A stretch of DNA of 64,000 bases, from NCBI RefSeq assembly GCF_006345805.1, contig NC_043007.1, positions 46,500,001 through 46,564,000 on the forward strand. Direction: 5' to 3'. The position numbers and the translations under genes were made by a program. Of the stretch, positions 25,945 to 38,388 are shown one piece after another. The first letter of the stretch is position 1. Each line of letters begins with the position of its first letter. Source of the stretch: Octopus sinensis. Lineage: Eukaryota. The notes beneath the pieces are model-generated. The model was not told the origin of the DNA, did no database searches, and saw only the letters and a list, made by a program, of their open reading frames with translations.

Positions 25945-27470
25945 CATTTTCAACACTTCCGTCGCCTTCCTCAACATTTCGGTCGACATACACAACTGCG
26001 TACTCGTTACCTCCATCCACTACAAATACACCAATTTATACTCAACCTTAACTTCTTCTTCTGTCACTCTACCCACACCAACCTCTCTATTTCCCACTCC
26101 CAATTCCTCCAACTGCTCAAGCTCTGCAGTGACAACCATGACTTTGAGACTAAATCTCAACTCATGTTTTACCACTTCATCCTTCGTAGATATCCCCTTA
26201 CAGCCCATGATAGAGCACCGTGTCTCTGCTCTCTCTCCACGCACCCTCCGCGTTGCCCGATTTCTGTTCGCCTCATCTACACTCCTCAACACCCCATTCT
26301 CCGAACATTCCGGTGACTCCAATCCGAGAGCTCCACGTCACTAATCTTCTCCAACCTACCCCGTTTCTCCTTTAAACGTGTCCACAATCTACGTGACCTT
26401 CTGGTCCACAGTTTCTTCCCTAACCACACCTGCCAACCTAGTTCGTTCTCCTGCCCCCACCCAGGCTGCCGCACTTGCCCCTACCTGTCCAACATCACCA
26501 TCCTCACAGGTACCCATCATCGTCCCTATCATATCACAGACTCCTTTACCAGCACTTCTAGCAACGTTATTTACTGCATTTCCTGCTCTTTCTGCCCTTC
26601 TCTGTACATCGGTAGAACGGAACGCCGCTTGGTTGACCGATTCACGGAGCACCTCCGAGACATTATACGCGGCAATGGCACACCTGTCTCACGCCATTTC
26701 TGCTCTACTGGTCGTTCATTAAAACACCTGTCTGTGTTCAAATTGTCTTTGCACAGGAATCATCCGGACACCCACCCTCGCTGTGAACAGGAATTAATCT
26801 TCTTTCTTCGCTCTTTTTCACCATATGGGCTCAACAACCCTCCTCTATTCCTTTGACTCCCTTCCTCTCCCCTCTTCACTCTACCTACCTCTCCTCTCCT
26901 CTCTAAACCTGACACCTACTTCCTGTCTTCACTCCCACCCACCTTCTCTCTTCTTTGACACCCCCTCTATCCACACTCCACCCCACACATCCCACTCTCA
27001 CATACCCACCCATATATATTTCACTCCCATGCACCCATCCCTACCCCACATCGCCACCCTACATCCTCACCACACACTACACAGCGTCACCCCAAAGTCA
27101 CATTCTCACAAACCCACACTGCACACCGCTACACCACCACACCACATCCAGCACCCTACACCCCTCTACACACACTAGCTCTAACCACGTTCCTGCGCCC
27201 ACACCACACACCATCACACGTACACGTATCTTCATTTTGGGATCACCAGTACTTTATTATCTCCCTTTATTTCTAGCTTCCCTGTCAGACTACCGTTTTC
27301 AAACTAGTCACCATGATTTTTCGCTAAATCTCTGTTTATTACTTCGTGTTACATTCTGTTGAAAAGCGTAGGTTCGAAACGTTAAAGATTCCCTCGCTTT
27401 CCCGAGCGTCAGACTAATACACCTACTTGTTTATACATCTGCCATCGTCTGTTATTTTCTGTAAATTTCA
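25945..27470 (+). mobile_element. 5'-truncated Penelope-like element (RT thumb, GIY-YIG, 3' pLTR with variant hammerhead at 27352-27387)
   Basis: Frames give TSIHYK, HSQFLQLLKLCSD, CRTCPYLS, SNVIYCISCSLCP.LYIG, and RFTEHLRDI..PVSRHF. The end reads CATT CTGTTGA A AAGC GTAG GTTC GAAA CG TT AAAG. Confidence 0.85.
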
Positions 27471-27512
27471 ACTACATATATATATATATGTGTGTGTGTG
27501 TGTGTATTTACA

Positions 27513-27552
<40 letters not shown>

Positions 27553-28548
27553 CGTGTGTGTGTAATTCAGTTGTCATTACTTGTGTCTGACGTTGCACGG
27601 TAGCATCTACTTTGCTAGAGTTGAGATTTTAAAACCCTAAGCCGCAAGGAAGCACAGTTCCAATGGTTTTTTTACGCTTTTTACTAGCAATGTAGGTTCC
27701 ACACTGCACCGTCAGTCACAATTAATGAGAGCTGAATTTTTTTTCTTTCTGGGTATATATTGCGTATACCCACCTTCGGTATGTTTGTGTGTATGTCTGT
27801 GCAAAAACACAGAAGGATAGAAAAATGAGAGCTGGAAGATATGTTTTCTTTAGACTTATGGTTTTGACGAATAAAACTTCATGTGTAGCAGAAATTAATT
27901 GCTAATCATACGTAGAAAACTATGTAGAGCGTGTAAAATAACATAGAAAATGAAATTGCATACTGTAAAATGGAGTGGGAGAAATAGAAAATGGTGCCAT
28001 ATAAAAGAAGGCAAACGTAAAAGGAAATTTTAGTAAAAGATGAAAGGAATGTGTAGCTTAAGGTAACAAATCTTGAATATACGAAGATATATAAAAGATA
28101 TACATATAAACGAAAGATGTACACATAAACGAAAACGATCTTTGATATAAGATATATATATTTAATAGTATCCAGAATAATATTGAACATATTGCCAATA
28201 TAAATAATGGAATATTTTCTTTTAACTTGACGGAAGTATACATATGTCAATCAGTGTAATTAATAATTATTTAAATTGGTTTTCTCTATTCATGTGCAAA
28301 AATTTGTATTGAAATTAACTTTCTCCCTGAAATTTTCCGCGCATCTATTCGTACGCTTAGAAACTATAAGATTTAGTAGTCTTTCAGTTTGCAATACATT
28401 TAAGTAATTCTGTTTATTTAAGTAATTAAATAAATTAAGTAATTCTCCATATATTTAATGACTTATATTTGAAATATTAGATTTTCTGTATTTAGTTGCT
28501 TATTTTCCTCAATGTTCTTCATTAGATTTTTTTTGTTTTGTCTTTTGT

Positions 28549-28735
28549 AAGGCGTGCAGCTGGCAGAATCGTTAGCACTCGGGGCAAGATCGTTAAAGGT
28601 ATTTTGTCCGCCTTTACGTTCTAATTACACATTCTTCGAGATCGATAAAATATGGAACAGCTGAGCACTGGGGTCAATGTAATCGACTATTCCCCAATCC
28701 CTAAAATTGTGTCCTTGTGCCAAAAATTGAAACCG
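28549..28735 (+). mobile_element. SINE family B, internally deleted
   Basis: aaggcgtgcagctggcagaatcgttagcac..ggggtcaatgtaatcgact..ccttgtgccaaaa. Confidence 0.75.
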
Positions 28736-29387
28736 TAATTTTGTTCTAAATTACTTATAACTTTAATACAGCTATTTATAAATTAGATTACATGACATGA
28801 TGTAAATTTAATAAATATTCAACAGTTCTTTTTTATCCATGATATTGTATTAGTGCTTAATCCTATTTTATCCAGATCTTACATTTTAACAAAAACTCAT
28901 TTTTAATTGCGCTCGGGTACATTTTCAATTACATATTGTAGCATGTTATGCTTATGTAAACGCTCAATTACTTTCTCTAATTATGTTGTCAATATTATCA
29001 TGTTACTATTATTAATATATCTATTAGTTCAACAAATTTTCTTCCTCGATAAAACTTCTAGTAGTTTTCGTCATACGCTTGCAATGCTTCATATATTTTA
29101 GGGTTTCTCTAAAATTGTATTTTTCTTTTCTTCACAATTTCATTATATTTGGGTTTGTTTCTCTTTTTCTGACAGGTCTTAGCAATAACTGAATTTTCCC
29201 CGCATTGAAACTCTCTTTATCTTTGCTTTTCAAAAAATTCAGCTTCAACTGAAATTTTAACAATGGAAAACGTTCGTCGAAATAGAACATCCTTTTGTAC
29301 CCTTTACTTTCATCCTTTTCTTCTACTTCCTTTCTTCTTTCTCCAATGTTCTATTCAATAAACATTTACACACATACATGTAATTAA

Positions 29388-29442
<55 letters not shown>

Positions 29443-29446
<4 letters not shown>

Positions 29447-30590
29447 GAAAGAATGGAGTTGAACGACGAATTAACAAAATTCCTTTATTTTCGACATATG
29501 TTTCGAAGGCTGCATATTCCTAATTTCGAAGGAATAAGGGGTGCATTATGCCGCCTTCTCATCGGGAAAAACAAGGAACTCATGTCAGCATCAAGATGCA
29601 CAGAAACTTTTAGATGACTGCCCACACGGAGCCCATATCGATAATGAGTGTTTCCTTAAAATATTCCGTTATGAGCAGTGACATCAAAAATGGTTGAATG
29701 TAGAAGATTCTAGAAGGTTCAAGGGTTCAAACAAGGTTGGAGAAGGTAGGCCTAAGAATAGGAAGATGATAGGGTGCAGGTCATATGAATAGTGATTTTG
29801 TTGTTTTCTTTTGTGAATGAGTGCCTATGTGTGTGTATGTATATAACTGCATTAATGTCTATGTGCGTGTATGTGTGTGCGTTATTTTGTGTCTGGTTCG
29901 GTAGATGCCAAAAACAGACAGTGGTGAAGTGACAGGTTTGTGTCTGTGTGTTTGATTGTGCTTACGATAGAGAGAGGGAAAGAGAGAGAGAGAGAGGAGG
30001 GGAGGTAGAGAGACAAAGGTAAAACATACCTCAATGGATTGGGTAGTAGTCCTTTAAGAGTATTAAAATTGACTATGGGGGTGATATATACATGGGATTA
30101 TATTATTAAAATTCAAGGAGGTTATCTATATTAATCATTATTCATATGAGTGAAAGGTGTGTTTTTGCCATTGCATGTACCTAAAGGATTTCTCGACCAT
30201 TGTATTTATTAAAGGGACTTTGGCGAACAATATATAGACAAGTTCGGAATTACAGACGCCACAAAATTTTCTGCCCTTATCAAACGGAAAGGATACCGAC
30301 AATATGGACCATTCCAGCCTGAAAGTTGTATTGCTGTCCTTAAGACGCCAAACTAATTTACTTAGTCCTGTGCTGTGTTGTTACCTCTTATCTCGGAAAG
30401 TTGAATAATGATTGGAGATCCTGTGGGCCAATTTAGAACTAGTTGCCCCAATGTAGAAGACATTTTGCACTGGTAAATGGAATTTCTAATTTTGGAATTG
30501 CTGGATAAGAACTTTAATCTGTTAGGGATTACCTCCGAGACTAAGACGGAGTTTTCATTGTTATGATTGGTGTTAATATTATTGCTAGCA
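29443..30590 (-). mobile_element. Penelope 3' fragment (GIY-YIG and pLTR)
   Basis: Minus strand: SIYQCK..YIGATSSKLAHRISNHYSTFRDK..STGLSKLVWRLKD..FRLEWSIL; terminates in a hammerhead and then (TA)n. Confidence 0.8.
29488..29570 (-). ncRNA. Type-I hammerhead ribozyme with elongated stem II (U4C)
   Basis: Minus strand: TTTTC CCGATGA GAAGGC..GCCTTC GAAA CATATG TC GAAAA. Stem I has 5 bp, the stem II base has 6 bp, and stem III is the palindrome ACATATGT. Confidence 0.8.
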
Positions 30591-30610
30591 TATATATATA
30601 TATAGGTATC

Positions 30611-30701
<91 letters not shown>

Positions 30702-30739
30702 TTAGATAGATAGATAGATAGATAGATATAGATATAGAT

Positions 30740-30905
30740 ATGGGTTCAGGCGGGGCTCCCTGGTGAGATGTTTGGTTACTAACTAAATGGTTCCGAGTTC
30801 AATCGCACTGCGTGGCAGCTTAGACAAGTGTCTTCCACTACAGTCTCAGGCCCACAAAGCCATGTGAGTCGATTTGGTTTGAGGGAAACTGAAAGAAACA
30901 CATCG

Positions 30906-30936
<31 letters not shown>

Positions 30937-31571
30937 TATATATACACATATAACAACAAACAGTTCTATTAGTTTAACACTAGGGAAGTGAGAAAGTATT
31001 TTACGTTTCGAGGGTAAGCTTTACAACAGAAAGGAACACAGAAATAAACAGGGAGAGAAGAAATAAAAAAGTTTTAGTGATTAGCGATCTATCATGAAGA
31101 ATGCCGGACAGAGGGTTCAAACAAGAAGGCTAGGAATGAGGGGAGATAATATAGTAGCGGTGATCCGAAGTTACACGTGCGTGTGTACGCGAAAACCTGT
31201 ATGTGCATGTGGAAGGGTGCTGGGAAGTGGTCAGTGCTAGTGTGTGCTCTGGTCTGGGTGCTGGGAAGTAGTGAGTGCTAGTGTGTGCGGGGTGACGTAA
31301 TGTAGTGTGGTATGGTACTGTGTGGTGTGGTAGTGTGGTGGTGTTGTGGTGTGGTGCTGTGGTGGTATGTGTATATATATATGTATGTATGTAGGTAGGT
31401 ATGTATGTATGTATGTATATGTGAGTCTTTGTGTTTGTGTTTGTCACACCACCAACGCTTAAAAACTGATGTTGCTGTCTTTATGTCCCCGTAACTTAGC
31501 GTTTCGGCAAGAGTGGCTGATAGAATAATTATTAGGCTCACAAAAAATAAGTCCTGGGTGTCGATTGCTTC

Positions 31572-31575
<4 letters not shown>
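30740..31575 (+). mobile_element. Bipartite SINE (family A) interrupted by a Penelope 3' end
   Basis: Head at 30740-30905 and 3' body at 31420-31575 (cccgtaacttagcgtttcggcaa..aataagtcctggg), with the insert between two microsatellites. Confidence 0.75.
30948..31370 (-). mobile_element. Penelope 3' end of the same family as 25945-27470, with variant hammerhead at 30998-31033
   Basis: The reverse complement matches 27100-27470 (CAC-rich tract, ggatcacc..tattatctccc). Motif: CTTT CTGTTGT A AAGC TTAC CCTC GAAA CG TA AAAT. Confidence 0.75.
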
Positions 31576-31612
<37 letters not shown>

Positions 31613-31730
31613 TAAAAGGAATTCCAACCACGTCTGATTTTCACGTTTTATTACAATCTTATAATGATATAATATAATATAATATAATATAATAAAATAA
31701 AATAATAGAATGTTAAATGTTCATTCTGAT

Positions 31731-31775
31731 TGAACTAGTACTTTCATGCATTAAATTCTGCAATCTTCAGGTTCA
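31731..31775 (-). ncRNA. Minimal hammerhead ribozyme in the inverted pLTR
   Basis: Exact reverse complement of 36350-36394. Confidence 0.8.
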
Positions 31776-32255
31776 TGTAGTAGTTCAGTCATGCTTCACA
31801 ATTTTTTACTATTGCGAGATGATTAAATCTGTGCCTTAACTACAGCTGTGTAGGCTCCAGATTGCTAGGTTTTGCAAACTGTATTCTGACCAATCAGTGT
31901 GTAGTATCACTCAATTACGTAAGCTGATTGGTTGGTTGAGCCGATTGGTTTAGGCGTCACGCTTTATTGAATAGGTCAAGAGTCCCAACAAGAGTCCCCA
32001 AAATAGCCCAACAATTGCTGCCTCGGCCAGGGTTAAGATACAGGACTCTTGACATGTTCAACAAAGCGTGACGCTAAACCAATCAGCTCAACCAACCAAT
32101 CAGTTTAAGTAATTGAGTGATACTACACACTGATCGGTCGGAATACAGTTTGCAAAACCTAGCAATCTGGAGCCTACACAGCTGTATTTAAGGCACATAT
32201 TTAATCATCTCGCTACAGTCAAAAATTGTGAAGCATGACAGTTACCACTACTACA

Positions 32256-32300
32256 TGAACCTGAAGATTGCAGAATTTAATGCATGAAAGTACTAGTTCG
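32256..32300 (+). ncRNA. Minimal hammerhead ribozyme in the 5' pLTR
   Basis: TGAAC CTGAAGA T TGCA GAATTTAA TGCA T GAAA GTAC TA GTTCG. Confidence 0.8.
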
Positions 32301-32478
32301 ATCAGAATGAACATTTAACATTCTATTATTTTATTTTATTATATTATATCATTATAAGATTGTAAATAAAACGTGAAAATCAGACAAGGTTGGAATTCCT
32401 TTTATTAACATATTCTTCTATACACAATCACACACACCCATATATATATATCTATATTCCTATTGTGTATATGCCAAC

Positions 32479-35400
32479 ATGTCTGGAAAGCAACAAACAA
32501 AATTAACAGAATCAGAAAGAATTCTGATTGAAATGTCATCGAAATTATCAACACTTATCACGATGATTGACACACAATCCTCTATTTTAAAGGAAATCGA
32601 AAAACAGTCTTCAGACGTAAAACTTGAAAATGAATATATAAACTCTGAAATTAAAAATTTAGCTGAAATGATACCAACAATTATAAAATCTACAAGAGAA
32701 AGCCTACCACAACCTCCTTTGATGTCAGAAATAAACGAAAGAAATCTGGAAAAAGAGGCACACCGAAAAAGAGAAGAGATACGGAAGACATGGAAAAAAC
32801 CCTTTAACATAAGAAAACAAAACTTCCGGAAGGCATATAAATGCGAAAATATGCTGAAATACATTCGGAATGTATATCTTTAGCGGCACCCATACTTCCT
32901 CGGAAGTACCTAATTAATGAAATTGCAGGAGAACCAGAGGAAGAAACAAAACTTCGATGGGACCTTAGTTTGATAAAATTCAGGACCAACAAGTCTAAAC
33001 AATCCCGCTACAAAGCCAAATACGAAGCTATCGATGATCAAATAAGAGACGAAATATCCAAACTAACGACCGGCAATGTAGCAGGAAAATGCGTGAACTA
33101 TGGACCAGAGTTATCTCAAAAGAAGAAAGCAGATCAAGAAAGTTTTGGCAGCGGAAACAATTATTTCTCGACACCCGTTTCACCACGAATCGAAGACGAA
33201 CTACGGTAAGAACTTTTCCCTTTTAGTATGCAAACACCCTAATGCACATAACATGAACAAAAAGCACAAACACAATAGATATTCTTTTGATCAGACCATT
33301 AGCAGTAGAAATAACAGATCATTTTCAACAGAGATTACCCACAAGAAACTGGACAAAAAACCGATCTAGATCTGAAAGTAAACCCAGATCATTTCCCCAG
33401 GTGGTTAAAAACAATACTAACAAGAAATTGAAAAATTATATATATAATACCAAACCAAGACAGAAAACATAACGAAACCAAGTAAAATACCACAACCAAA
33501 ACGTAAAATTCATCAAGCAAACATCAACAGGAATATAAATCAAAAACAGAAAAAAAATCCATTTTTTTTATATCAGGACAACAAACACAGGAGAAAGAAA
33601 AAATCTAAGAGGAAACATACCCAAAACATCTGAACGTATAGATCCTAAAATAATTCATTTATCAAAAACAGATCTTGACAATGATGAAATCCAACTTCTG
33701 TCAAAAGGACTGAAAGTCACACCTACACCAACAGCCAGCCACCAAGAATTAAAAGAGGATATCCAAAAATTCTGTCGAAAATTACGACTTGTAGAATTCT
33801 TCGCTAACAAAAGTAATGAGATTGATGAATCCCTAGTAAGGAATAAATCAAATTTCACCCCACCAAAAGGAAGAAATAACTACCTTGACCAATACATTGA
33901 TATCCTGTCTAAATTTCCCCTTAGACGCAATACAAATGTTAGACCAAACATTAACAATCAGAGATATCTGCATGTAAACGTATAGAAAACGATCAAACAA
34001 TAATAATTAAACAAGCAGATAAAGGTGGTGCAATTGTTATTATGGATTCCGAATACTATAAGGATTTGGTTGAGGACCAACTGAAGGACACAACCTTCTA
34101 TTGTGAAATACCCTCAAATATAGACAACCACATCATGAAAAAGATCAACAACCTGATCTCAAAACACTACAACTCACTTACCGATAATGAAAGAGACTAC
34201 ATCACCAATTTCGAACCAAAACCCAGCAACTTCTACGGCTTACCGAAAATACATAAATCAAAAGATATTCAACAGGCAGTAAAAGAACAAGAAAGTGAGT
34301 ACATAAAATTACTACGTCCAAAAGACCTAAAACTTAGACATATTATAGCTGGTCCAGCATGCCCTACCCACCGTCTAGGCAATTTTACTGACATTGTTTT
34401 GAAACCACTATGTACTTACATACCCAGTTTCATCAGGGATGACATCGACTTCCTGTCCCATATTCCCAAAACAACAGAAACAAATTCAGTTTTATTAAGT
34501 TTTGATGTGGTAAGACTCTACACCAATATCCCACACGATTTAGGAATAAAGGCGATTAAATACTGGTTAGAAAAACATAGAGAAGGGATTCCCAGCAGAT
34601 TCACAGTGCCATTTATATTAGACACAATCAAACTTATTCTAGAAAACAACACATTTTTCTTCAATGGAAAGAATTACATCCAAATTAGAGGCACGGCGAT
34701 GGGAACGAGGTTTGCTCCCGTTTACGCCAACTCTGTAATGGGATACTTAGAACAACAACCCTGCCAAGGGGTGGAGGTAAACTATGGAACTGGATTTAGA
34801 AAGTATATTGAAAAGGCATGGAAGATATACCTTGACGACTGCTTCATAATCTGGACAGAATCTCTAAATACTCTGGAAGAGTTCAATATCCTCCTGAACA
34901 ACCAACACCCATCTCTCCAATTTACAAAGGAGATGAGTAGTACCAAATTACTATTCCTAGATATAATGGTAATTAAAAAAGACACCACCATCACCACAGA
35001 TATATACTATAAACACACAGACACACATCAATACCTGAATTTTAAGTCGTGCCATCCACCACGTACAAAACGCAACATCCCATACTGCCTAGCCAGAATA
35101 ATTTGTACCATTATAGAAGATGCAAATATCAGGAACAAACGCCTAACAGAACTAAGAGAATTTTTGCTCAAACAAAAATAACCATCTCTACTTATAGAAA
35201 ATGGCATACAGCGGGCTATAAAAATACCCATACAATAACCTAGGACAACCCAAGGAAGATGAAAACAAGAAGAAGTCATAACATTCATAGTAACACACAA
35301 TCCATGTCACCAGAATATCTTCAACATTGCCAAAGCAAACCTACCAATCATTGCTCAAACTAATGAATTAAAAGACATAATCACGGATCGAGCAATGGTA

Positions 35401-35874
35401 CTTAGTAAAAGACAGCCTAAAAACTTGAAAAGCTTACTAACAAAGGCAAAATTTGACCTCAGCAACAAAGACCAAACATTCACTGTATCTAAATGCAATA
35501 ATAGCCGGTGTGGCACATGCCAATTCATACATACCGGCCAATATATAAACACAAAAACCCGGAAAATATTCACAAACGCGAATATGAACTGCAAAAGCAG
35601 AAATTTTATTTACTGCCTCAAATGCCCAAATTGTGAAGAAATATATGTAGGTCAGACGGGAAATGCACTATCAGAACGCTCACGTGTACATCGACAACAG
35701 ATTAGAGACCCAGAGGTCCGTCAGATACCTTTGAGTAACCACCTAGCAACATTTAGTCGGAAAATATATATAATATTTCCATTCTACAAATTACACAGCC
35801 CAAGTGAAATCGAGAGGAAAATCAGAGAAAAGAATTTTATTGATAAATTCGAACCCAAGCTAAATAAGCAATAA
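32479..35874 (+). pseudogene. Frameshifted Penelope polyprotein (N-terminal region, reverse transcriptase, GIY-YIG endonuclease)
   Basis: Motifs IKQADKGGAIVIMD, FYGLPKIHK, SFDVVRLYTNIPH, QIRGTAMGTRFAPVYAN, YLDDCF, YYKHTDTHQYLNF.SCHP, RCGTC, and FIYCLKCPNCEEIYVGQT..R..HR. Split across several ORFs (34042-35181, 35395-35874 and others). Confidence 0.93.
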
Positions 35875-36349
35875 TAATAATAATAATACTCAGATGTACA
35901 ACTTCTACTGCTACGACCATGGCCACTAACAACAACAACAATACTAAAGGTGATCATGAGGAAGATAGCAGGAAAATTATCTTATTTAGGGTTAAAATGT
36001 CTATTTCCACCACCATCACCACTAGCAACAATAATTAAGGTGCTGACAATGATGATGATGACAATTAAAATATAAAAATCCCTAACAAAGGCTATTTACA
36101 ACAGTTCTAAAAATAGCCCAACAATACCTGCCTCGACCAGGGTTAAGATACAGGACTCTTGACATGTTTAACAAAGCGTGACGCCTAAACCAATCAGCTT
36201 AAGTAATTGAGTGATACTACACACTGATTGGTCAGAATACAGTTTGCAAAACCTAGCAATCTGGAGCCTACACAGCTGTAGTTAAGGCACATATTTAATC
36301 ATCTCGCTACAGTCAAAAATTGTGAAGCATGACAGTCACCACTACTACA

Positions 36350-36394
36350 TGAACCTGAAGATTGCAGAATTTAATGCATGAAAGTACTAGTTCA
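36350..36394 (+). ncRNA. Minimal hammerhead ribozyme in the 3' pLTR
   Basis: TGAAC CTGAAGA T TGCA GAATTTAA TGCA T GAAA GTAC TA GTTCA. Confidence 0.82.
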
Positions 36395-36547
36395 ATCAGA
36401 ATGAACATTTAACATTCTATTATTTTATTTTATTATATTATATTATATTATATCATTATAAGATTGTAAATAAAACGTGAAAATCAGACAAGGTTGGAAT
36501 TCATTTTATTAATATATTCTTCTATACACAATCACACACACCCATAT

Positions 36548-36595
<48 letters not shown>

Positions 36596-36983
36596 TATAT
36601 ATGGGTGGCTTACGCGCAGTTTTACAAACGAAAGTCAGAAATATAGATGTTACTAAAGTGACTGAGGGTCAACACAACTCAAAATGCACTGTCGTATTGG
36701 CTGACGAAGGAGGCAGCAGCGGAAATAGCCAAATCATCGATGATGATGAACATTAAAGTAAATGCAAATGTTTGATGATCTGGTTCTCCTCGATACTTCA
36801 GGAAGCTTGCTTCTTTTGTCAGTGATTTGATAGTGTCTTTCGTGGCTATTGGGATCATTCGACTCTTATTTCTAGCATACTGGTACTGATTAGTCATATT
36901 AGTGACATCTATAATTTTGCTTATTTACATATATATATATATATTATATATATATATATATATATTATATATTATTATTATTA

Positions 36984-37032
<49 letters not shown>

Positions 37033-37072
37033 TCTAATTCTCTCTAAAGGAGACTACAGCAGCGGTACATGA

Positions 37073-37652
37073 TATTAACAGTTATCGCCAAGCTAATATG
37101 GCAGTCTACTAATTTTGGACTAAAGCTGCCGTTGATTAGCTCCAAGAGGTCATCGCCTGTAGCTAGCTATCTGACACAGGAACCTGTGCCCATTATAACC
37201 TTCGAACAGGGGAGATCAGCCGCTTCCCCTTGCTAGTCAGGCATGTGCAGACATGATTCAGGGTATTTGCCCTTCATCAATGCAGAGTAGCCAAATGCAG
37301 TACCGCTACCATGGTCTCCTTCAGAGAGACTTAGAAATAATAGCATTGCTATTTTTGAAAACCAATGGATGTATTCCACTGAAATTAGGTAAATAATCCT
37401 TCGAACAGACGTACAGCAGCGACGCCTGTTGGGTTAGGCTGCTCTGCATTTATAAAGGACAAATACCCTGAAACATGTTCGCACATCCCTGTTGAGGAAG
37501 GAGAGTGGCTGACCTCCCCTGTTCGAAGATTATAATTACATGTTCGTGTGTCATATAGCTAGCTAGAGGCGATGGCCTCTTGGAGCTAATCAACGGCCTC
37601 TTTAGTCCTATATTTATGGACTGCCATATTAGCTTGGCGATAACTATTAATA
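37073..37652. mobile_element. MITE/foldback element with ~220-bp terminal inverted repeats
   Basis: tattaacagttatcgccaagctaatatggcagtc.. pairs with ..gactgccatattagcttggcgataactattaata. The arms remain alignable for about 220 bp around a ~140-bp spacer. No ORF. Confidence 0.88.
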
Positions 37653-37655
37653 TAT

Positions 37656-37715
<60 letters not shown>

Positions 37716-38349
37716 GTGTGTGTGTGTGTGTAGAGGATGAAGGATTAAAAGTTTCAAAGGATACACTACGTAGGTCTACTTGTGCAAATAACAGTCAAAA
37801 CTCTTATTTAAATCGGCGAAGTACACTGATAATAACTACAGAAATCAACTGTTCAAAAGCAAACGGGCAATGACGATCTCTCTCCATGCATTCAAGTATC
37901 TGGATTCATGTGGAGCGGTTTCTTTATTGGCATAATAGCCTCAGATACACCATCACGCGTTACCATGAAAGAGAGCTGCAACCCATAATGTTGAAGTTTG
38001 CGCTGCAACTGATTCGTTTTGCGCCGAATCATGGTAACCACCAGTGTGAAAATAATTTCAATACTGAGCAAATAACTCACGACAAAATAATTTGCGAATA
38101 TATCATTAACTCTATTATTATCTACTGTATATTTTTCGTGAATTATTTGGTCCGTAATTGTGTGTATGTGTGTGTGTGTGTACAGTTCTATATTTGATAA
38201 ATGAGTAATTATGTACATTATTAACATTTGACAGATATTCGTCCTCATCTTGTTTGCTGTTAACTCAAAGTTTTGTCTGATGTACTCTGCAGTATTCATC
38301 AGGTGTCCTGGGTGAATTTCGAACCATACATTCCTATGGTATTTTCCGA

Positions 38350-38384
<35 letters not shown>

Positions 38385-38388
<4 letters not shown>

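Larger units (their letters stand above)
31609..36545 (+). mobile_element. Near-complete Penelope-like retroelement: inverted pLTR, 5' pLTR, RT/GIY-YIG ORF, 3' pLTR
   Basis: 31609-31985 is the reverse complement of 32043-32408. 32000-32440 is directly repeated at 36110-36545. The coding region lies between, and both outer ends abut (TA)n. Confidence 0.95.

Noticed and set aside
38060-38150. Short inverted repeat caaataactcacga/tcgtgaattatttg and ORF 37892-38299
   Set aside because: The inverted repeat is too short to be significant in AT-rich DNA, and the ORF has no recognisable motifs and includes a microsatellite.
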